Below, piece after piece: positions 25,207-32,000 of a stretch of DNA of 32,000 bases. Source of the stretch: Pyrodictium delaneyi. GTDB lineage: Archaea > Thermoproteota > Thermoprotei_A > Sulfolobales > Pyrodictiaceae. Where the stretch lies: assembly GCF_001412615.1 (NCBI RefSeq), contig NZ_CP013011.1:1110001-1142000 (forward strand), written 5' to 3'. Each line of letters opens with the position of its first letter. The stretch's first letter is position 1. The notes below the pieces were generated by a model, which was given only the letters and a program-made list of their open reading frames with translations, had not been told where the DNA came from and ran no database searches. A program made the position numbers and the translations under genes.

Positions 25207-28200
25207 CTGGCGGTAGTCCCTGTAGGCCCCTGCAGGTTCTGTGGAACAGGATGTGGTGTTCAAGCACAAGTAGTGCTCGACCCGGAGACTGGTATGGCTA
25301 AGGATATCATCGCATTAATGGGTATACCTACTTACCCCGTTAACAGAGGTGCTCTCTGTACCAAGGCATTCTATATACACAAGGCTATTGGTCGTGGTGG
25401 AAACAAGGAAGCATTCGAGCAGAGGCTTAAGAGGCCACTTGTAATCAAGGATTGGATAATACCTGGTAAGAATAGGCCGCCAATCACGCCTGAGGAAATA
25501 CCAGAAGCTCCTAGGGTTAAGAATAAGCAGGTAAGCAAGAATGTTGACGCCACAGTGCCTACTGTGGAGCACATAAAGAAGAACTATGTTGAGGTAGACT
25601 GGGATACGGCTGTAAAATTCTTTACCGCTGTATTCAAGTATGCGCTACAGAAATATGGACCTCATAGTTTTGCCTACTACGGCAGCGGCCAGCTAGGTAC
25701 AGAGGAAAGTTATGTAATAAACAAGCTCACGAAGGGTGGTATCCACACTAACAACCTTGACGGAAATCCACGAATGTGTATGGTTAGCGCTGTAGGCGGC
25801 TTCATAACCAGCTTTGGAGCCGACGAACCGGAAGTAAGCTATGATCATATTGATATACCAGAGCCGGATACAGGAACACATGCTGAGACATTCCTGCTAA
25901 TAGGTACCAATACGGCAGAAGCGCATCCAATAGTCTTTGGTCGTATAGCTCAAGTCAAGCAGAAGAATCCAGACAAGATAAAGGTGATTCTAGCTGACCC
26001 ACGTAAGACAAGAAGCGGTAGCATAGCTGATCTATGGCTCCCACTGCGTTGGAGTATGGATGTAGCATTCCTCCATACGCTAGCTCACATAGTGGTATAC
26101 GACCTAGACGGTTGTAAGGTAGACGCTAAAACTGGTAAGGTTGAATGTAAGGGCGAGTACGTGGACATAAAGTGGTTGAAGCGCCATGCTGATTTTGCAA
26201 TACCGACTACTACAGCTAAGACGTGGGCTCTCAAGGAATACAACAATAAGTACAACAATATGGGAGAGTTGAACAGAGTCTGGGACATGGGTACCACAGC
26301 GAGCAGTGCTGCAAACTATAAACTCTATCCAAGTGTTGGTAAGGAGTATAAGAGTGAGGATGAAATAGAGAGGGATTGGTGGAAGGGCTTTGCCCTTTAC
26401 CTAAAGTTCCTCGAGCTGTACAAGCCAGAGATAATGGTAAAGATACTCTTTGGTGACGAAAAGCCGCTGATAAATAGGAAGACTGCAGAACAGCTCATCA
26501 AGGCTGGTGAACTCAGTCCAGAAAAAGTTAACATGGCTGGCAATGAACCGTTTGTCGAAATAGACCCTGTGGAAGCTATGAAGCTTGCTGCAAAGTGGAT
26601 GGCCAAGCAGCGTCTCCTAGTCTTATGGACAATGGGCGTTAACCAGAAGATACAGGGTGTGCATAGTGTAAATGCCATACTGAACTTCCTAGCACTCACT
26701 GGACAAATAGGCAAGTATGGTGCTGGTGCGCTTAGCCTCACTGGCCAGCCTAATGCGTGTGGCGGTATCCGCGACCAAGGCGGTCTGGCACATGTACTAC
26801 CCTATGGTAGACTCATAGCTCTCAAAGCTGCAAGAGAGCAAGTAGAGAACATCTGGAAGAAGCTAACCGAAGACTATCTCAGGGAACGCGGCTTCTCAGC
26901 CGACGCGATAAAGAAGGAGGTTGAAAAGGTCTACATTCATCCCGTGCCAGGTCCACACGTCGTAGAGATGTTCCGCCGTGTAAATGCTGGCCAGCTGAAG
27001 ATAGTCTGGATAGCCGAGACGAACCCAGGTCATAGCTTGCCAAACGTATTCAAGTTCCGTGCTGGTATGGCCAAGCCGCATGACGATGATCCGGCATTCC
27101 CATTCATAGTAGTCCAGGACATATATCCAACAAGAACCACCGACCTGGCTGACCTAATATTCCCGGCAGCTGCATGGGGCGAAGAAGAATTCAAGTACGG
27201 TTGTACAGAGCGTCGCTATAGTGTGGCTAGATACATCATACCGCCACCTGGCGAAGCTGTAGGCGACCACATGATATTCGCCATGATCGGTAAGGCGCTG
27301 GAAGACGAAGGTCTAGTACCTAAGGGTATTGTGAGTGGATTCTTCCCCGAGGACGTAGATAAGGCCGCCAAGGCTGCTGGCAAGAGCTGGGTACAGTACG
27401 TTGTTGAAAAGAGCCGCGACAAGAAGTGGCATGAAGAGTTCCTCAACAGACTATGGGATCGCGACATACTAAGTCTAGCTAAGAATACCTACTACGACTT
27501 CAGCTATGTGAAGCGTGAAATGTTTAGGAAGATGATTAATGGCTTCCGCTGGCCGTGGCCTGAGCAGTACGCTACAAACCCGAGTGTGAAGATGCGTTAC
27601 GACAAGTACGAGGCTGCTAGCAGGTATGCATACCCCTACGATCCATTAATGCCAGATCCCGAAGTGATCAAAAAGATGTACAATGATATAAAGGGTATGA
27701 ATAGTGCTGAGGAAACTGAAGCGTATGTAAAGAAGCTAGATCCCAATGTAGTACATCCGGTACATAAGGCTAAGTGGCTAGGCAAACTATCGCACAATCC
27801 TGTACTTATGAAGTGGGTGCTCAAGCAGATAGTTGAAGAGATAGATGACCAGGCCTACAAGAAGGCGAGTAGAGTACCGGCAGACTGGTACGTAGTCTTC
27901 TATGCTAAGCCAACTGGCAGAATGACCATCTGGGCTAGGCCGTGGCTGCCAGTAATAGTAGACCATGAGAGTGGCGAGATAAAGATCAACAAGGAAGTGA
28001 TAATTACTAAGGAGCAGCTAAGCGTAGATGATGTATTCAAGGGCAAGATATCGGTATTCAGCGAGCCCAAGGGACCATTCAAGATAATTGAGAAGCATAC
28101 TGCAGTGCCTGCCAGCGGCGATCCAGAGAGAGGCTTACAAGTACTTGCAACAAAGACTTGGAGTGAGGCACTAAAGAGCAATTATGGTGACATAGAGGCT

Positions 28201-28740
28201 ATCTTCGAAATAGCGTTAGCACCTGCAGAGGTGCCAGGCTTTGCCGTAAAATACAAACTTGATAACGGTCAAGTGGTAACTGTAAGAGACGCATCAGGCT
28301 ACGAGCTAGTGGCTACTACTGGCCGTGTGGTAGAGCATTGGCACTCTGGCACTATGACAGGTAGGGTGCCAGAACTACGGCGTGTAAAGCCGGCGGCATA
28401 CGTCGAGATACGCAAGGAGCTAGCTGAACAACTAGGTATTAAGGATGGTGACTGGGTGACGGTGGAAAGCCCACGTGGCAAGGTAACAGTCAAAGCGGTA
28501 GTACTGGACCCGAAGACAGGTCTAGGCGGCCCCAGGAAGGACTATGTATTCATACCATGGTTCGATGAAAACAAGCTAGTGAATGCACTAACGCTAGACA
28601 ACTATGATGTACAGCCGTACTTCTTCCAGCCAGACTACAAGACATGTGCTGCTAGGATAAGAAAGGCAACAGCAGACGAAATACCTAAGAGCGAGACTCA
28701 GCAAACCGGCAAGCCCAACTACAGCATAAAGGTTTACTAA
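24982..28740 (+). CDS. napA: NapA-type molybdopterin (bis-MGD) oxidoreductase catalytic subunit: giant, Tat-dependent, probable periplasmic-type nitrate reductase
   Basis: 1252 aa. The TTG start is preceded by AAGGGGG (24967-24973), and the Tat motif is 'TRRDVLK'. Conserved blocks follow bacterial NapA. These are 'GPCRFCGTGCGV', 'YPVNRGALCTKAFY', 'NNLDGNPRMCMVSAVGGFITSFGADEP' (Mo-ligand Cys, codon 25777-25779), 'GTNTAEAHPIVFGRI', 'WTMGVNQKIQGVHSVN', 'SLTGQPNACGG', 'TTGRVVEHWHSGTMTGRVPELRR' and 'FIPWFDENKLVNALTLD'. Confidence 0.85.
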   Translation: MPDETRRDVLKAIALGAALAAVGGAVTYYGTGREKTIYETVTKTLTETLTKTVTETVAPAETTTKAEETKTAKPKLAVVPVGPCRFCGTGCGVQAQVVLDPETGMAKDIIALMGIPTYPVNRGALCTKAFYIHKAIGRGGNKEAFEQRLKRPLVIKDWIIPGKNRPPITPEEIPEAPRVKNKQVSKNVDATVPTVEHIKKNYVEVDWDTAVKFFTAVFKYALQKYGPHSFAYYGSGQLGTEESYVINKLTKGGIHTNNLDGNPRMCMVSAVGGFITSFGADEPEVSYDHIDIPEPDTGTHAETFLLIGTNTAEAHPIVFGRIAQVKQKNPDKIKVILADPRKTRSGSIADLWLPLRWSMDVAFLHTLAHIVVYDLDGCKVDAKTGKVECKGEYVDIKWLKRHADFAIPTTTAKTWALKEYNNKYNNMGELNRVWDMGTTASSAANYKLYPSVGKEYKSEDEIERDWWKGFALYLKFLELYKPEIMVKILFGDEKPLINRKTAEQLIKAGELSPEKVNMAGNEPFVEIDPVEAMKLAAKWMAKQRLLVLWTMGVNQKIQGVHSVNAILNFLALTGQIGKYGAGALSLTGQPNACGGIRDQGGLAHVLPYGRLIALKAAREQVENIWKKLTEDYLRERGFSADAIKKEVEKVYIHPVPGPHVVEMFRRVNAGQLKIVWIAETNPGHSLPNVFKFRAGMAKPHDDDPAFPFIVVQDIYPTRTTDLADLIFPAAAWGEEEFKYGCTERRYSVARYIIPPPGEAVGDHMIFAMIGKALEDEGLVPKGIVSGFFPEDVDKAAKAAGKSWVQYVVEKSRDKKWHEEFLNRLWDRDILSLAKNTYYDFSYVKREMFRKMINGFRWPWPEQYATNPSVKMRYDKYEAASRYAYPYDPLMPDPEVIKKMYNDIKGMNSAEETEAYVKKLDPNVVHPVHKAKWLGKLSHNPVLMKWVLKQIVEEIDDQAYKKASRVPADWYVVFYAKPTGRMTIWARPWLPVIVDHESGEIKINKEVIITKEQLSVDDVFKGKISVFSEPKGPFKIIEKHTAVPASGDPERGLQVLATKTWSEALKSNYGDIEAIFEIALAPAEVPGFAVKYKLDNGQVVTVRDASGYELVATTGRVVEHWHSGTMTGRVPELRRVKPAAYVEIRKELAEQLGIKDGDWVTVESPRGKVTVKAVVLDPKTGLGGPRKDYVFIPWFDENKLVNALTLDNYDVQPYFFQPDYKTCAARIRKATADEIPKSETQQTGKPNYSIKVY

Positions 28741-28765
28741 AATATTTCCATCCAATATTTTTATA
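28739..28765 (+). terminator. A/T-only hairpin plus T-run at the napA-like stop codon
   Basis: AAAATATT (28739-28746) pairs with AATATTTT (28754-28761) around the loop TCCATCC, and runs into T5. An all-A/T stem is of doubtful stability at high temperature; the oligo-T itself may be the signal. Confidence 0.25.
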
Positions 28766-29144
28766 CTAATCTTTAACATTAATTGTTTTCTTGTAGGGCT
28801 ACTATATGCTTTCTTCAATTATCCTATCCTAAAAAGAAAGGCGCGAGAAATATCACTTTATACTCCATAATTATCTCTAGACTAGTCAGTATTGTAGTAT
28901 AGGTGTCTATTGAACTAAAGGAAGCAGATGGCAGTGTACGCAACATGGCATGTAGGGTTTGCCGAAAAATAGCGGTGAAGAGTTATTCGCTATACTCAAG
29001 AGTGCTTGCAACAGGGGGCTGAAGTATCTAGAAGTATGTTCATTAATGGTTTTGTAATAGTTTAGAAAATCGGATTGATTAGTCAGTTACACGCCAAAGG
29101 AACGTAATGGAGATGAGCTAAGTTCACATCCAAGAAGGCAGGTA

Positions 29145-30170
29145 ATGAATTCAAGGAGGAGAACCGAATTGTCTAGGAGATCAGAGAGATGTGGGTTGAC
29201 GCGAAGAGAATTCCTTCAAGCAGGCATACTGGTGGCGGCGGCTGCAGCGGTTTCTACTCCTAGGCTTGTTGCGGGTTTCGAGGCACCGCCGAGTCTAGAT
29301 AATAACGATTCATACTATGAACCATTTCTCCTTGAAGGTGATGAGGATCGTATAGCCTACTATGAAGCACTAGGCTTTGTAGTTGAAGAAAACGGTAAGA
29401 AGTGTGTTGCGAATCCATTACTTCCTAATAAGTGTATGGTTTATACTAAACCATATAGGGATGATAGATTTCCTCTCCTTCCACCAGGTGCAACGGAGGA
29501 CTTCTACAGGCGGTGTATACGTTGTGGTCTCTGCTACTTTGCGTGTAGCTACATGGGTTACCATGCCATACGTTTGGCGAGTTTGCGTGAGGGCCTCCAT
29601 AAACTTGGTAGCCCCGCTGTCGACAATATGATTACATACCCGTGTACACTTTGTATGGAGTGCACCAAGGTTTGTCCTACTGGTGCGCTAAAAGAGATAC
29701 CTAAGGAAGACGTGAAGATGGGCATAGCTTTGATAGATCCAGATCTCTGTTGGGCATGGAATAGTGGAGACTGTAAGAGCTGCGCTAAGGCTTGTCCCTT
29801 TGGCTCTGAGGTCTTTGAATTTACGTTCAATGAGTGGGGCGTGCATACAAGGGTCAACGCGGATAAGTGTAAGGGCTGTGGCCTATGTGTTCCGGCTTGT
29901 CCTATAGGCGGTTCGGCAATACATGTGCTCCCATTGGATGAATATGAACGAAGGATACGGAATTACAAGAATACGGGTATGAGTTATGATGACTACTTAA
30001 GGTTGATACTAGAGACAGAGCGGAATGACCCCTTCAAGGCCACTTGGAGGGCGGCTATAAACACAGATTATATTCAGAATGTGAGGGGAATCGAGGAAGA
30101 GAAAATAGCTACAGAACTAGGTGCAAGTGACATCAATGTAACTTCTGTGAGGAGGCATAAGGGGGATTAG
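29145..30170 (+). CDS. napG: NapG-like Tat-exported poly-ferredoxin (four [4Fe-4S] motifs)
   Basis: 341 aa with Tat motif 'LTRREFLQAG' and the NapG-type 'LLPPGATEDFYRRCIRCGLCYFAC'. Further cluster motifs are 'CTLCMECTKVCP', 'CWAWNSGDCKSCAKACP' and 'CKGCGLCVPACP'. Confidence 0.8.
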   Translation: MNSRRRTELSRRSERCGLTRREFLQAGILVAAAAAVSTPRLVAGFEAPPSLDNNDSYYEPFLLEGDEDRIAYYEALGFVVEENGKKCVANPLLPNKCMVYTKPYRDDRFPLLPPGATEDFYRRCIRCGLCYFACSYMGYHAIRLASLREGLHKLGSPAVDNMITYPCTLCMECTKVCPTGALKEIPKEDVKMGIALIDPDLCWAWNSGDCKSCAKACPFGSEVFEFTFNEWGVHTRVNADKCKGCGLCVPACPIGGSAIHVLPLDEYERRIRNYKNTGMSYDDYLRLILETERNDPFKATWRAAINTDYIQNVRGIEEEKIATELGASDINVTSVRRHKGD

Positions 30171-30191
30171 ACGCAACGTGAGAGGTGGGCA

Positions 30192-31124
30192 TTGATGCCT
30201 CCACGTAGTAAGCTTGGTCGTAAGCTCTGGCTCAGCATACGTGGTATACCGCCTCGCGGCAAATATACCATAGCAAGAAGATTGTTGCAGGTAATAGTGC
30301 TTGGCCTCTTTGCTACGCAAATGTTGGTATCAGGGGCAATTATAGAAGGAAGTCTTGCCTCAAGCAGGGTCTTCCGAGCAATACCTATGATGGATTTATT
30401 AGCCTGGCTAGAACAAGCAGCAGCAACTCATAGCCCAACAATAGAGTCTGTTATTGCGGTACTAGTGGTATTTGCACTGTATAGTGTACTAGGCCGCTTC
30501 TTTTGCGGCTGGGTCTGCCCGATGGATCTCATCTTCAGTTTATTTGAGCGTAAGTTGTCAAGCACGAGGGCGCCACCGCTTACAAGGCCTCACCGTGCTG
30601 GTCTCGTCGAAAAAATCGTACCGCTAATAATGGTGATCGTGTATCTTGGGTTGTCGGTAGTGCTGGGTCAGCCATTCTTTACAACCATATCGCCAGTAGC
30701 AGGTGCCACGAAGCTAGGCTCGGTGCTGGTTGGTGTATTATACAACATACCCGGCGCCACAATAGGTCTGGCAATGGCGTGGGCCACGGTTACGGGCTTT
30801 GCGCTCATAGTGAACATAATTGCAGAGTATGTGTTCGGGATAAAGAGGTTCTGGTGTAGGTTCGTCTGCCCAATAGGTAATATATATGGGTACGTGATGA
30901 ATCGCTACAGCCCGCTCCGTGTAAAGGTCATAAACAGGGAGAAGTGTCTTGGCTGCAACCTCTGTAGCATCTCTTGCCCTGTAAGCATAGATCTTCTAGA
31001 ATATATACATGCAGGAAAGGATGTGATAGACTATAGATGCTTCCATTGTGGCCGTTGCGTCGAGGTATGTCCGCATGGTGTGCTAAAGTTTGGCTTCCGC
31101 TTCGGAAAAACACGTAGAACCTAA
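30192..31124 (+). CDS. napH: NapH-like integral-membrane Fe-S quinol dehydrogenase subunit
   Basis: 310 aa with several hydrophobic helices. It carries the two NapH/MauN-type CxxCP motifs, 'RFFCGWVCPMDL' and 'RFWCRFVCPIGN'. Two C-terminal ferredoxin motifs are also present, 'CLGCNLCSISCP' and 'CFHCGRCVEVCP'. The ATG at 30195 after GAGGTGGG is the likely start. It lies 21 nt after napG. Confidence 0.8.
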   Translation: MMPPRSKLGRKLWLSIRGIPPRGKYTIARRLLQVIVLGLFATQMLVSGAIIEGSLASSRVFRAIPMMDLLAWLEQAAATHSPTIESVIAVLVVFALYSVLGRFFCGWVCPMDLIFSLFERKLSSTRAPPLTRPHRAGLVEKIVPLIMVIVYLGLSVVLGQPFFTTISPVAGATKLGSVLVGVLYNIPGATIGLAMAWATVTGFALIVNIIAEYVFGIKRFWCRFVCPIGNIYGYVMNRYSPLRVKVINREKCLGCNLCSISCPVSIDLLEYIHAGKDVIDYRCFHCGRCVEVCPHGVLKFGFRFGKTRRT

Positions 31125-31156
31125 ATATTAGAACTTAGAACGTAAATATCAGAAAC
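31115..31156. repeat. Imperfect 21-bp tandem duplication spanning the napH stop codon
   Basis: TAGAACCTAAATATTAGAACT (31115-31135) is followed directly by TAGAACGTAAATATCAGAAAC (31136-31156). They match at 17 of 21 positions. The stop TAA is at 31122-31124. Confidence 0.6.
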
Positions 31157-31272
31157 AATAGTATCTCTTACACCAGATATGTTTTAGACTCTCTACACCG
31201 TAAAAGAACGCTACATACCGTATAAGGGGCCAGTCGTGCATGTGTGTAAGTAGGAGTAGGCAGAGCTAGAAG

Positions 31273-31647
31273 GTGAGTGTTGCTTTGGCATTCGCTGCAG
31301 GCTTCTTCCTCATAGCTCCTCACTATCGAGAGGAACCCAAGAGAAGTGAAGTAAAACGACATCTAGAAGGTCTTGGCTTCGAACTTTACGAGGTGAATAA
31401 GTCGTCATTTATTGTCTTCTACATCGAAGCGCCTAGCCCTAAGGCTCTGGAAGACGTTATCAAAACTGCAGAACAACATGATGGTGTTGCAAAAGCCTAT
31501 ATAGCATTCGGCTTCATGGGAGACAATAGTGTTAAGGAATGGATTAATGATGCGCTAGCTAGGGGTGAGCTAGAGTTGGATCAGTCCACGAAAGACTACA
31601 TACGCGGCATACTGGCAAGGATAGCGCCCAATAGGGCTACAACATAG
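31273..31647 (+). CDS. Hypothetical small protein; possible NapD-like Tat-proofreading chaperone with a C-terminal extension
   Basis: 124 aa with a GTG start after GGAG-rich sequence. 'GFFLIAPHY..EVKRHLEGLGFELYEVNKSSFIVFYIEAPSPKALEDVIKTAEQHDGVAKAYIAFGF' has the beta-alpha-beta-beta-alpha-beta periodicity. It also has the 'hVVhEA....L...I..h....GV....hVY'-like pattern I associate with NapD. Position is directly after napGH. Confidence 0.4.
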   Translation: MSVALAFAAGFFLIAPHYREEPKRSEVKRHLEGLGFELYEVNKSSFIVFYIEAPSPKALEDVIKTAEQHDGVAKAYIAFGFMGDNSVKEWINDALARGELELDQSTKDYIRGILARIAPNRATT

Positions 31648-31849
31648 CTGTGAAAGCGATAGTAGATATGTCGAAGGTAACTAGACTAGAAAGGAATAGA
31701 GATTGGAGTATCCTAAACGCTTCTAAAGGCTGGTCTTAGTTCCATGAAGTCTGTGAGGTCAAGCTAGCACCTTATATTCGCAGATGTCTATGGGAGTATT
31801 CCTTTATTGGTTGTTGGTCTAGTCATGCTCTATAGCCTGGGGCGTTGTT

Positions 31850-32000
31850 ATGGGTGCTCTGCAGCAAATTCTCCAAGAGACTTCTGGGGTTGTTGACGGG
31901 CTTCGCGCTTTTGAACTGATCTCGCTCTTGTCGCGGTTCCACCGCGTCCAAGGTAGCAATGAAGTGACAGTTGCAGGTGAGCATGTTGCTCATATGCTAG
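31850..32000 (+). CDS. 5' fragment of an ORF running off the window; possibly an M28-type peptidase N-terminus
   Basis: An ATG at 31850 is followed by 50 open codons, 'MGALQQILQETSGVVDGLRAFELISLLSRFHRVQGSNEVTVAGEHVAHML'. The 'L..LS.F.R..GS.....A.E.V' pattern resembles the N-terminal motif of M28 aminopeptidases. It is too short to be sure. Confidence 0.3.
   Translation, partial: MGALQQILQETSGVVDGLRAFELISLLSRFHRVQGSNEVTVAGEHVAHML

Noticed and set aside
25036-28818. Many 60-114-aa minus-strand ORFs inside the napA-like gene.
   Set aside because: All lie within a 1252-aa ORF whose conserved NapA blocks are unambiguous. Their compositions are odd and they carry no motifs.
28945-29022. A 25-codon ORF 'MACRVCRKIAVKSYSLYSRVLATGG' with a CxxC, in the napA-napG spacer.
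   Set aside because: It is too short, has no start context I can support, and has no known family.
1-32000. CRISPR arrays, rRNA genes and IS/transposase genes.
   Set aside because: I scanned for regularly spaced direct repeats and long non-coding GC-rich stretches and found none. The only tandem repeat is the 2 x 21 bp at 31115-31156.

Overview
The window looks like a chromosomal segment of a hyperthermophilic crenarchaeon. The evidence is a herA-mre11-rad50 operon, an archaeal-type ApgM, charged and Ile/Val/Tyr-rich proteins, and frequent GTG/TTG starts. A Desulfurococcales/Pyrodictiaceae-like origin is only a guess. All calls rest on reading the ORF translations and recalling family motifs; no searches were run. 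Left to right: an HD-hydrolase fragment, apgM, a JAMM/MPN protein, glnA and a low-GC ORFan. Next comes a co-directional minus-strand array of radical-SAM, THUMP, herA, mre11 and rad50, with no nurA. Then cysS, a small methyltransferase, and an A/T-rich islet at about 15.0-18.3 kb. The islet holds a DUF131 membrane protein, two winged-helix-like ORFs, a tiny ORF, pyruvoyl SpeH, a C/D-box sRNA candidate and DUF2283. After that come a CBS protein, DUF167, and argS immediately followed by tRNA-Arg(UCG). The most interesting part is the lower-GC block from about 21.7 to 31.7 kb, which starts right after that tRNA. It encodes a membrane-anchored monohaem c-type cytochrome, an unusual Fe-S protein and an ORFan. 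It also encodes a giant (1252 aa) Tat-dependent NapA-type molybdopterin oxidoreductase with several large insertions. NapG- and NapH-like quinol-dehydrogenase subunits and a possible NapD-like chaperone follow. There is no NapB or NapC, so this is a Nap-type module in an archaeal context with non-canonical architecture. I recognised no rRNA, CRISPR array, transposase or integrase.
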